DNA of 64,000 bases, from the NCBI RefSeq assembly GCF_048403405.1, contig NZ_CP183129.1; one strand, written 5' to 3'. Below the pieces are notes generated by a model. It was not told where the DNA came from, ran no database searches, and worked only from the letters and a program-made list of their open reading frames with translations. Source of the DNA: Escherichia coli. GTDB lineage: Bacteria; Pseudomonadota; Gammaproteobacteria; Enterobacterales; Enterobacteriaceae. The position numbers and the translations under genes were made by a program. Positions 1-8,936 of this stretch are shown here, piece after piece (within the stretch, counting starts at the first letter, position 1; each line of letters starts with the position of its first letter).

Positions 1-10
1 TAATAATGTT

Positions 11-142
11 ATGAAAAAGAAACCGGTTGCGCAGTTGGAGCGTCAGCATTCACTGCTGGAAAATCCATGTGCTTATGGGTTGTTATCGCAGTTCCAGGCT
101 GCGATAGTCGTTAACTGTTTTACACTTAATAAAATAATTTGA
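11..142 (+). CDS. yqgB: small protein (43 aa), YqgB-like, immediately upstream of speA
   Basis: ATG at 11, 43 sense codons, TGA at 140-142, 8 nt before the speA ATG; translation [43 protein letters not shown]; below ORF-track cutoff; name from recalled K-12 gene order. Confidence 0.55.
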
Positions 143-150
143 GGTTCGCT

Positions 151-2127
151 ATGTCTGACGACATGTCTATGGGTTTGCCTTCGTCAGCGGGCGAACACGG
201 TGTACTACGCTCCATGCAGGAGGTTGCAATGAGCTCCCAGGAAGCCAGCAAGATGCTGCGTACTTACAATATTGCCTGGTGGGGCAATAACTACTATGAC
301 GTTAACGAGCTGGGCCACATTAGCGTGTGCCCGGACCCGGACGTCCCGGAAGCTCGCGTCGATCTCGCGCAGTTAGTGAAAACTCGTGAAGCACAGGGCC
401 AGCGTCTGCCTGCACTGTTCTGTTTCCCGCAGATCCTGCAGCACCGTTTGCGTTCTATTAACGCCGCGTTCAAACGTGCGCGGGAATCCTACGGCTATAA
501 CGGCGATTACTTCCTCGTTTATCCGATCAAAGTTAACCAGCACCGCCGCGTGATTGAGTCCCTGATTCATTCGGGCGAACCGCTGGGCCTGGAAGCCGGT
601 TCCAAAGCGGAGTTGATGGCGGTGCTGGCACATGCTGGCATGACCCGTAGCGTCATCGTCTGCAACGGTTATAAGGACCGCGAATATATCCGTCTGGCAT
701 TAATTGGCGAGAAGATGGGCCACAAGGTCTATCTGGTCATTGAGAAGATGTCAGAAATTGCCATTGTGCTGGATGAAGCAGAACGTCTGAATGTCGTTCC
801 TCGTCTGGGCGTGCGTGCACGTCTGGCTTCGCAGGGCTCCGGTAAATGGCAGTCCTCCGGCGGGGAAAAATCGAAGTTCGGCCTGGCGGCGACTCAGGTA
901 CTGCAACTGGTTGAAACCCTGCGTGAAGCCGGGCGTCTCGACAGCCTGCAACTGCTGCACTTCCACCTCGGTTCGCAGATGGCGAATATTCGCGATATCG
1001 CGACAGGCGTTCGTGAATCCGCGCGTTTCTATGTTGAGCTGCACAAGCTGGGCGTCAATATTCAGTGCTTCGACGTCGGCGGCGGTCTGGGCGTGGACTA
1101 TGAAGGCACCCGTTCGCAGTCCGACTGTTCGGTGAACTACGGCCTCAATGAATACGCTAACAACATCATCTGGGCGATTGGTGATGCGTGTGAAGAAAAT
1201 GGTCTGCCACATCCGACAGTAATCACCGAGTCGGGTCGCGCGGTGACTGCGCATCACACCGTGCTGGTGTCAAATATCATCGGCGTGGAACGTAACGAAT
1301 ACACGGTGCCGACCGCACCTGCAGAAGACGCACCGCGCGCCCTGCAAAGCATGTGGGAAACCTGGCAGGAGATGCACGAACCGGGAACTCGTCGTTCTCT
1401 GCGTGAATGGTTACACGACAGCCAGATGGATCTGCACGATATTCATATCGGCTACTCTTCCGGCACCTTTAGCCTGCAAGAACGTGCATGGGCAGAACAA
1501 CTCTATCTGAGCATGTGCCATGAAGTGCAGAAGCAACTGGATCCGCAAAACCGTGCGCATCGTCCGATTATCGATGAATTGCAGGAACGTATGGCTGACA
1601 AAATGTACGTAAACTTCTCGCTGTTCCAGTCGATGCCGGATGCGTGGGGGATCGACCAGTTGTTCCCGGTTCTGCCGCTGGAAGGGTTGGATCAAGTGCC
1701 GGAACGTCGCGCTGTGCTGCTGGATATTACCTGTGACTCTGACGGTGCTATTGATCACTATATTGATGGTGATGGTATTGCCACGACAATGCCAATGCCG
1801 GAGTACGATCCAGAGAATCCGCCGATGCTCGGTTTCTTTATGGTCGGCGCATATCAGGAGATCCTCGGCAATATGCACAACCTGTTCGGTGATACCGAAG
1901 CGGTTGACGTGTTCGTGTTCCCTGACGGTAGCGTAGAAGTAGAACTGTCTGACGAAGGCGATACCGTGGCGGACATGCTGCAATATGTACAGCTCGATCC
2001 GAAAACGCTGTTAACCCAGTTCCGCGATCAAGTGAAGAAAACCGATCTTGATGCTGAACTGCAACAACAGTTCCTTGAAGAGTTCGAGGCAGGTTTGTAC
2101 GGTTATACCTATCTTGAAGATGAATAA
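151..2127 (+). CDS. speA: biosynthetic arginine decarboxylase (658 aa)
   Basis: ORF-track 139..2127 begins at TTG; internal ATG at 151 gives [23 protein letters not shown]..., the PLP-dependent arginine decarboxylase N-terminus and length as I recall for E. coli SpeA. Confidence 0.93.
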
Positions 2128-2144
2128 TTAAGATTATTCCGCTG

Positions 2145-2185
2145 GCGGGTCAATTTATTTACGTAAATCGGCCCGCTTTCTTTTT
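2145..2185 (+). terminator. hairpin plus T-tract downstream of speA
   Basis: GCGGG...ATTTACGTAAAT (perfect palindrome)...CCCGC followed by TTTCTTTTT, 18 nt after speA stop. Confidence 0.5.
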
Positions 2186-2272
2186 ATATATTCTTAAAAA
2201 TAATTTAGCTGCTTTTCTTATTAAATAATCCCCCTACAATCGCTGCATTAATTAAATACAGAGGGAACGGTT

Positions 2273-3004
2273 ATGAAAAAAGGGAAAGTACGTAGCGCGT
2301 TGATAGCATTAGCCGTGCTGCTGGCCGGTTGTTCCAGTAATGCGCAGTATAATAGCAGTGCATCAGGCAATGTCGGCACCGCCTGGGGTGGGGATGTACA
2401 CTCATCGGTTCAGGGCGTATCTGCTGAGCGAGCCTGGCGCGATCCGGCAGAGATGATCGTTATTAGTTATTCGACTAATGTTCCTTCCGGCTATGACCGC
2501 GTTTATAGCATTCGTATTAACGAACTGGAATATGCTATTCGCGATGGTAATTTTAATTCTCTACCTATTACGCGTGTTTATGATTCATCCAATAATGAAC
2601 CACGCTATATTGTCCATGCCAGAGTCGGAATGAATTATCAATTATATGTCCGTAATTACAGTCGTAACACCAACTACGAGATCGTTGCTACGGTTGATGG
2701 CCTGGATGTGCTGAACGGCAAGCAAGGTTCGCTGAATAACAACGGCTATATTGTGAATGCCGGAGATTCGTTAGCGATTAAAGGATTCCGCAAAGATAAA
2801 CATACCGAAGCGGCTTTTCAGTTCGCCAACGTTGCTGATTCCTACGCAGCCAATTCGGCGCAAGGCGATGTGCGTAATACCGGGGTAATCGGCTTTGCCG
2901 CCTTTGAATTACAAGGCCCGGCGCAAAACGCGATGCCACCGTGCTCTGGACAAGCCTTTCCGGCAGATAACAATGGCTATGCACCGCCACCGTGCCGGAA
3001 ATAG
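2273..3004 (+). CDS. predicted lipoprotein of unknown function (243 aa)
   Basis: ORF-track 243 aa; N-terminus MKKGKVRSALIALAVLLAGC has a signal peptide with lipobox LAGC and Ser at +2; SD GAGGGA 7 nt upstream; mature part rich in Asn/Tyr/Ser; visibly AT-richer than flanking genes; no family recognised by eye. Confidence 0.75.
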   Translation: MKKGKVRSALIALAVLLAGCSSNAQYNSSASGNVGTAWGGDVHSSVQGVSAERAWRDPAEMIVISYSTNVPSGYDRVYSIRINELEYAIRDGNFNSLPITRVYDSSNNEPRYIVHARVGMNYQLYVRNYSRNTNYEIVATVDGLDVLNGKQGSLNNNGYIVNAGDSLAIKGFRKDKHTEAAFQFANVADSYAANSAQGDVRNTGVIGFAAFELQGPAQNAMPPCSGQAFPADNNGYAPPPCRK

Positions 3005-3072
3005 CAACCTCGCTTGATGCCTCGTCCATTTAAGGCGATAATTAGCGCAAACTTGTGTTTCGCAAATCCAAC

Positions 3073-3111
3073 CCTTCCTCGTCGGGCCTAACGACGCGGA
3101 AGGGTTTTTTT
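3073..3111 (+). terminator. rho-independent terminator between lipoprotein gene and speB
   Basis: CCCTTCCTCGTC-GGGCCTAAC-GACGCGGAAGGG (12-bp stem, one mismatch) followed by TTTTTTT. Confidence 0.65.
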
Positions 3112-3139
3112 ATATCGACTTTGTAATAGGAGTCCATCC

Positions 3140-4060
3140 ATGAGCACCTTAGGTCATCAATACGATAACTCACTGGTTTCCAACGCCTTTGGTTTTTTAC
3201 GCCTGCCGATGAACTTCCAGCCATATGACAGCGATGCTGACTGGGTGATTACTGGCGTGCCGTTCGATATGGCCACTTCTGGTCGTGCGGGGGGACGCCA
3301 CGGTCCGGCAGCGATCCGTCAGGTTTCGACGAATCTGGCCTGGGAACACAATCGCTTCCCGTGGAATTTCGACATGCGTGAGCGCCTGAATGTCGTGGAC
3401 TGCGGCGATCTGGTATATGCCTTCGGCGATGCCCGTGAGATGAGCGAGAAGCTGCAGGCGCACGCCGAGAAGCTGCTGGCTGCTGGTAAGCGTATGCTCT
3501 CCTTCGGTGGTGACCACTTTGTTACGCTGCCGCTGCTGCGTGCTCATGCGAAGCATTTCGGCAAAATGGCGCTGGTACACTTTGACGCCCACACCGACAC
3601 CTATGCGAACGGTTGTGAATTTGACCACGGCACCATGTTCTATACCGCGCCGAAAGAAGGTCTGATCGACCCGAATCATTCCGTGCAGATTGGTATTCGT
3701 ACTGAGTTCGATAAAGACAACGGCTTTACCGTGCTGGACGCCTGCCAGGTGAACGATCGCAGCGTGGATGACGTTATCGCCCAAGTGAAACAGATTGTGG
3801 GTGATATGCCGGTTTACCTGACCTTTGATATCGACTGCCTGGATCCTGCTTTCGCGCCGGGAACCGGTACGCCAGTAATTGGCGGCCTGACCTCCGATCG
3901 CGCTATTAAACTGGTACGCGGCCTGAAAGATCTCAACATTGTTGGGATGGACGTAGTGGAAGTGGCTCCGGCATACGATCAGTCGGAAATCACCGCTCTG
4001 GCTGCGGCGACGCTGGCGCTGGAGATGCTGTATATCCAGGCGGCGAAAAAGGGCGAGTAA
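3140..4060 (+). CDS. speB: agmatinase (agmatine ureohydrolase), 306 aa
   Basis: ORF-track 306 aa [27 protein letters not shown]...; arginase-family Mn-binding motifs (GGDH, DAHTD, DIDCLDP). Confidence 0.93.
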   Translation: MSTLGHQYDNSLVSNAFGFLRLPMNFQPYDSDADWVITGVPFDMATSGRAGGRHGPAAIRQVSTNLAWEHNRFPWNFDMRERLNVVDCGDLVYAFGDAREMSEKLQAHAEKLLAAGKRMLSFGGDHFVTLPLLRAHAKHFGKMALVHFDAHTDTYANGCEFDHGTMFYTAPKEGLIDPNHSVQIGIRTEFDKDNGFTVLDACQVNDRSVDDVIAQVKQIVGDMPVYLTFDIDCLDPAFAPGTGTPVIGGLTSDRAIKLVRGLKDLNIVGMDVVEVAPAYDQSEITALAAATLALEMLYIQAAKKGE

Positions 4061-4061
4061 G

Positions 4062-4096
4062 CGCCGGATAAGATGCGTTATGCGTCAAATCCGGCG
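4062..4096. repeat. REP-like palindromic element between convergent speB and loiP
   Basis: CGCCGGATaagatgcgttatgcgtcaaATCCGGCG inverted repeat; no T-tract. Confidence 0.4.
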
Positions 4097-4107
4097 TAAT
4101 AAAATGC

Positions 4108-4866
4108 TTACTTAACTCCATCCGCGCTCATACGATCGCGAATATGCTGGGCGCGTTCGGCGGATGCTGGATGGTCGTCAAACATTGAGCTTTGACGGCC
4201 TTCTTCCAGCTTCGCCAGTTTTTCAAAGCTGGTGGCAAGACCTGCCGGGTTGATGCCGCGTTGGCGCAGAAGATCGTAAGAATAATCATCGGCTTCTGCT
4301 TCCTGGCGCTGGGAGAATTGCGAATTAACTAATTTCTCGCCCAGATCACCGAGTTGTGATTGAGATAAACTGCCGACAATCCCGCCCGCAGAGGCCGCAG
4401 CTACTCGCACGGCATTTGTACCAAGTGCCACCTGCATCCCTTTTTTCACATGGCCTAACGCCACGTGCCCCATCTCGTGACCGATCACCGCTTCGACTTC
4501 GTTATCCGTCATCATATCCATCAGCCCGCTATAGACGCGGATACAACCGTTAGCCATTGCAAAGGCGTTCACATCCTTCGCCATATACACTTTGTAATTC
4601 ACCGGCTGACCGTTGATATTGTTGCCTAGCGCATTGGCAATAGTTGTCAGACGTTTAGCGTATTCGCTATTGGCTGGCGCAATCGTCGCCTTGCTGTCCA
4701 TCTCCTGACATGCCTGATCGCTCAGGGTTTTCACCTGCGCATCACTCAAACTGTAAGCCTGAAAAGCTTCCGCTCCTGATGAGAGCAGTCCGTTGGAGTC
4801 CATATTCTGGCAACCGGTCAGTACCGTTGCCACGCTCATTGCTACCAATAAGGCGCGAATTTTCAT
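4108..4866 (-). CDS. loiP: lipoprotein metalloprotease LoiP (M48 family), 252 aa
   Basis: ORF-track 4108..5085 (325 aa) is an N-terminal over-extension; internal Met gives MKIRALLVAMSVATVLTGCQ (lipobox) and the HEMGH zinc motif. Confidence 0.88.
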   Translation of the reverse strand: MKIRALLVAMSVATVLTGCQNMDSNGLLSSGAEAFQAYSLSDAQVKTLSDQACQEMDSKATIAPANSEYAKRLTTIANALGNNINGQPVNYKVYMAKDVNAFAMANGCIRVYSGLMDMMTDNEVEAVIGHEMGHVALGHVKKGMQVALGTNAVRVAAASAGGIVGSLSQSQLGDLGEKLVNSQFSQRQEAEADDYSYDLLRQRGINPAGLATSFEKLAKLEEGRQSSMFDDHPASAERAQHIRDRMSADGVK

Positions 4867-5143
4867 GTTTTCTCTTCCGCACAAGGTCAGGATTATTCTA
4901 AAAATGCGCCGTTTGCAGGTGAATCGACGCTTAGTCTCAGTATAAGGAAAAGCGCAGCGGACGGGCGAGTAGATTGCGCAACATGCGAGCATGATCCAGA
5001 GATTTCTGAAGCGGCAAAAGGATGTTCCATGTACATGACGCGCGGCTTGCGGTAAATTGTTGGCAAATTTTCCGGCGTAGCCCAAAACGCGCTGTCGTCA
5101 AGTCGTTAAGGGCGTGCCCTTCATCATCCGATCTGGAGTCAAA

Positions 5144-7135
5144 ATGTCCTCACGTAAAGAGCTTGCCAATGCTATTCGTGCGCTGAGCATGGACGCAGTA
5201 CAGAAAGCCAAATCCGGTCACCCGGGTGCCCCTATGGGTATGGCTGACATTGCCGAAGTCCTGTGGCGTGATTTCCTGAAACACAACCCGCAGAATCCGT
5301 CCTGGGCTGACCGTGACCGCTTCGTGCTGTCCAACGGTCACGGCTCCATGCTGATCTACAGCCTGCTGCACCTCACCGGTTACGATCTGCCGATGGAAGA
5401 ACTGAAAAACTTCCGTCAGCTGCACTCTAAAACTCCGGGCCACCCGGAAGTGGGTTACACCGCTGGTGTGGAAACCACTACAGGTCCGCTGGGTCAGGGT
5501 ATTGCCAATGCAGTCGGTATGGCGATTGCAGAAAAAACGCTGGCGGCGCAGTTTAACCGTCCGGGCCACGACATCGTCGACCACTACACCTACGCCTTCA
5601 TGGGCGACGGCTGCATGATGGAAGGCATCTCTCACGAAGTTTGCTCTCTGGCGGGTACGCTGAAGCTGGGTAAACTGATTGCGTTCTACGATGACAACGG
5701 TATTTCTATCGATGGTCACGTTGAAGGCTGGTTCACCGACGACACCGCAATGCGTTTCGAAGCCTACGGCTGGCACGTTATTCGCGACATCGACGGTCAT
5801 GACGCAGCATCCATCAAACGCGCAGTAGAAGAAGCGCGCGCAGTGACCGACAAACCGTCCCTGCTGATGTGCAAAACCATCATCGGTTTCGGTTCCCCGA
5901 ACAAAGCCGGTACGCACGACTCCCACGGTGCGCCGCTGGGCGACGCTGAAATCGCCCTGACCCGCGAACAGCTGGGCTGGAAATATGCACCGTTCGAAAT
6001 CCCGTCTGAAATCTATGCTCAGTGGGATGCGAAAGAAGCAGGCCAGGCGAAAGAATCCGCATGGAACGAGAAATTCGCTGCTTACGCGAAAGCTTATCCG
6101 CAGGAAGCCGCTGAATTTACCCGCCGTATGAAAGGCGAAATGCCGTCTGACTTCGACGCCAAAGCGAAAGAGTTCATCGCTAAACTGCAGGCTAATCCGG
6201 CGAAAATCGCCAGCCGTAAAGCGTCTCAGAATGCTATCGAAGCTTTCGGTCCGCTGTTGCCGGAATTCCTCGGCGGCTCTGCTGACCTGGCACCGTCTAA
6301 CCTGACCCTGTGGTCTGGTTCTAAAGCAATCAACGAAGATGCTGCGGGTAACTACATCCACTACGGTGTTCGCGAGTTCGGTATGACCGCGATTGCTAAC
6401 GGTATCTCCCTGCACGGTGGTTTCCTGCCGTACACCTCCACCTTCCTGATGTTCGTGGAATACGCACGTAACGCCGTACGTATGGCTGCGCTGATGAAAC
6501 AGCGTCAGGTGATGGTTTACACCCACGACTCCATCGGTCTGGGCGAAGATGGCCCGACTCACCAGCCAGTAGAGCAGGTCGCTTCACTGCGCGTGACCCC
6601 GAACATGTCCACATGGCGTCCGTGTGACCAGGTTGAATCCGCGGTCGCGTGGAAATACGGCGTTGAGCGTCAGGACGGCCCGACTGCGCTTATCCTCTCC
6701 CGTCAGAACCTGGCGCAGCAGGAGCGTACTGAAGAGCAGCTGGCAAACATCGCGCGCGGTGGTTATGTGCTGAAAGACTGTGCCGGTCAGCCGGAACTGA
6801 TCTTCATCGCGACCGGTTCGGAAGTTGAACTGGCGGTTGCCGCCTACGAAAAACTGACAGCCGAAGGCGTGAAGGCGCGCGTGGTTTCCATGCCGTCTAC
6901 CGACGCGTTCGACAAGCAGGATGCGGCTTACCGTGAATCCGTCCTGCCGAAAGCGGTTACTGCACGCGTTGCGGTAGAAGCGGGTATTGCTGACTACTGG
7001 TACAAGTATGTTGGCCTGAACGGTGCTATCGTCGGCATGACCACCTTCGGTGAATCTGCTCCGGCAGAGCAACTGTTTGAAGAGTTTGGTTTCACCGTTG
7101 ACAACGTTGTTGCGAAAGCCAAAGCGCTGCTGTAA
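5144..7135 (+). CDS. tktA: transketolase 1 (663 aa)
   Basis: [40 protein letters not shown]...; ORF-track begins 30 nt upstream at GTG; ATG at 5144 has the canonical N-terminus. Confidence 0.95.
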   Translation: MSSRKELANAIRALSMDAVQKAKSGHPGAPMGMADIAEVLWRDFLKHNPQNPSWADRDRFVLSNGHGSMLIYSLLHLTGYDLPMEELKNFRQLHSKTPGHPEVGYTAGVETTTGPLGQGIANAVGMAIAEKTLAAQFNRPGHDIVDHYTYAFMGDGCMMEGISHEVCSLAGTLKLGKLIAFYDDNGISIDGHVEGWFTDDTAMRFEAYGWHVIRDIDGHDAASIKRAVEEARAVTDKPSLLMCKTIIGFGSPNKAGTHDSHGAPLGDAEIALTREQLGWKYAPFEIPSEIYAQWDAKEAGQAKESAWNEKFAAYAKAYPQEAAEFTRRMKGEMPSDFDAKAKEFIAKLQANPAKIASRKASQNAIEAFGPLLPEFLGGSADLAPSNLTLWSGSKAINEDAAGNYIHYGVREFGMTAIANGISLHGGFLPYTSTFLMFVEYARNAVRMAALMKQRQVMVYTHDSIGLGEDGPTHQPVEQVASLRVTPNMSTWRPCDQVESAVAWKYGVERQDGPTALILSRQNLAQQERTEEQLANIARGGYVLKDCAGQPELIFIATGSEVELAVAAYEKLTAEGVKARVVSMPSTDAFDKQDAAYRESVLPKAVTARVAVEAGIADYWYKYVGLNGAIVGMTTFGESAPAEQLFEEFGFTVDNVVAKAKALL

Positions 7136-7156
7136 TCAGTAAGACGTTTTGTGAGA

Positions 7157-7183
7157 AGGGCCGCGAAAGCGGCCCTTTTTTTA
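7157..7183. terminator. bidirectional terminator between convergent tktA and SPFH gene
   Basis: AGGGCCGC-GAAA-GCGGCCCT stem-loop followed by TTTTTTT on plus strand; A-rich on the other side. Confidence 0.6.
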
Positions 7184-8089
7184 CTTAGTAGAGATAAACG
7201 GAACTGTACTGCCGGGGATCATGGTATCGGGTAGCTTACCGTCCCAACGCTCAGCAGTGGTGAGGGCAACAAGTCCGGGATTATCCCGCAGAGCTTCACC
7301 GCGCAGGCGGATAGCTTCTGCTTCAGCCGCACTTTTTAAACGAATAGTTTCAGCCTCTGCCGCGCCTCTTACGCGAATGGTCTCAGCTTCTGCTTTGGCC
7401 GCTGCAAGTTTACTGTCTGCTTCTGCCTGGGCCTGAGTTACCGCTATTTGCGCCTGGATTTTCTCTGTTTCCAGATTTTGCTTACGCGTGGCAATTGCAA
7501 CTTCCGCTTTCATTCGGTCTTCAATCGACTTTTCATAAGCGTCAGAAAAGTCAATATTTTCAATCTGGACCCCGTCAATCACCACCGGACCAACAACGGC
7601 TTTACGCATAGCATTTTGCAGATCCTGAACCAATTTTGTACGATCCTGTACGGCGCTGATGGCGGTATATTGGCCGAAAACGTTCTCCAGTTGAGTTGGC
7701 AACTGACGGACAATCAGACGATCTTTTAATGCTTCAATGGTGTTGTAGGTGGTATAAACCGCGCCTGCTTCTGAAGGTTTAATGTGGAAGCTGACTGATA
7801 CTGTCATTTGTGCCGGTTGCTGGTCGCGGCTGTAGGCCTGTAATCCTTGATAAACCACAGCCTGATTACGCGTGGAAATTTTCTCCACGCTTTCCATAAA
7901 AGGGATCTTAAAACCCAGACCCGGCTCGGCAACTTTTACGATTTTTCCGTAGCGCAGCAAAATGCCGCGTTCACCTTCATTAACGGTGTAATACGAGAGA
8001 AATGGCAGCACAACCACGGCAAGCACGCCAATGACGATAGCAATAGATTTTTGTGGGCGAAATGAGGTTATTGAAACAGGTGCTTTCAT
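7181..8089 (-). CDS. SPFH/band-7 (prohibitin/flotillin-like) membrane protein, 302 aa
   Basis: ORF-track 302 aa; N-terminal TM segment (IAIVIGVLAVVVLPFLSYY) then PHB-type core (EGERGILLRYGK...FKIPFMESV); C-terminal Ala/Glu-rich repeats AEAETIRVRGA/AEAETIRLKSA/AEAEAIRLRGE; SD AAGGAAG 6 nt upstream of ATG. Confidence 0.8.
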   Translation of the reverse strand: MKAPVSITSFRPQKSIAIVIGVLAVVVLPFLSYYTVNEGERGILLRYGKIVKVAEPGLGFKIPFMESVEKISTRNQAVVYQGLQAYSRDQQPAQMTVSVSFHIKPSEAGAVYTTYNTIEALKDRLIVRQLPTQLENVFGQYTAISAVQDRTKLVQDLQNAMRKAVVGPVVIDGVQIENIDFSDAYEKSIEDRMKAEVAIATRKQNLETEKIQAQIAVTQAQAEADSKLAAAKAEAETIRVRGAAEAETIRLKSAAEAEAIRLRGEALRDNPGLVALTTAERWDGKLPDTMIPGSTVPFISTK

Positions 8090-8465
8090 GACAATCTTCC
8101 TTGAGTAAAGTGTGGGAATATGTCACATGAGGTGAGGAGAAAACAGCCGACAGGTGAGAATTCAGAATCTATAAAGGGGTATAGCGAAAAAACATTGCAT
8201 TAAAAAGTATGCTTTCGGACATTCAATAAATAAATAGAGACATGCATCACAAATACAATAACAAACAAAATGTTGATTTTGTGATAAACATAACAAATAC
8301 AAAGTTGACTTTGTAAGTATTTATTTCATGTTGTTGTTATTTAAAGTTTTATTATTTTTGTTCATGGGGTTTTTCTTCTCGCGTACCCAATTGCTTTCAT
8401 TAAACCGCACGAGTATTTTATTTTTACCGCCGGACGGTACCCTAAAAATAAAATAAGGATAATTT

Positions 8466-8909
8466 ATGCGGCTTAGTGATTATTTTCCAGAATCATCAAT
8501 CTCAGTTATACATTCAGCAAAAGATTGGCAGGAAGCTATCGATTTCTCGATGGCATCATTGCTGGATAAAAACTATATCAGCGAGAATTACATTCAGGCA
8601 ATTAAAGATTCCACCATTAACAATAGCCCTTATTATATTCTCGCGCCAGGTGTGGCAATGCCTCATGCGCGACCGGAATGTGGGGCGCTTAAAACCGGGA
8701 TGTCTTTGGCGTTACTTAAACAAGGCGTTTATTTTCCGGGGAATGACGAACCGATTAAATTACTCATCGGGCTTTCTGCTGCCGATGCCGATTCGCACAT
8801 TGGCGCTATTCAGGCGTTAAGTGAATTACTGTGCGAAGAAGAAATACTCGAACAACTCTTAACAGCATCATCAGAAAAACAATTAGCGGACATTATCAGC
8901 CGCGGATAA
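8466..8909 (+). CDS. cmtB: PTS mannitol-like EIIA component (cryptic), 147 aa
   Basis: 147 aa; PTS EIIA (mannitol/fructose type) fold with H-containing motif MPHARPE; position and length match recalled cmtB. Confidence 0.88.
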   Translation: MRLSDYFPESSISVIHSAKDWQEAIDFSMASLLDKNYISENYIQAIKDSTINNSPYYILAPGVAMPHARPECGALKTGMSLALLKQGVYFPGNDEPIKLLIGLSAADADSHIGAIQALSELLCEEEILEQLLTASSEKQLADIISRG

Positions 8910-8936
8910 TTACTCTCTCCTCTACAGGATAATATT

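Noticed and set aside
4867-5085. N-terminal 73-codon extension of the loiP ORF (ORF-track 325 aa)
   Set aside because: The extension lacks a signal peptide and runs through the loiP/tktA divergent promoter; the internal Met gives a canonical lipoprotein signal and the expected 252-aa length.
5150-6562. 470-aa minus-strand ORF inside tktA
   Set aside because: Fully antisense to a full-length, well-recognised transketolase; no SD and no domain recognisable; typical shadow ORF in a GC-biased highly expressed gene.
7290-7405. Tandem 33-bp repeats considered as a possible CRISPR-like or intergenic repeat array
   Set aside because: Only three units, contiguous without spacers, in-frame inside a CDS and encoding a coiled-coil repeat; not a CRISPR array.
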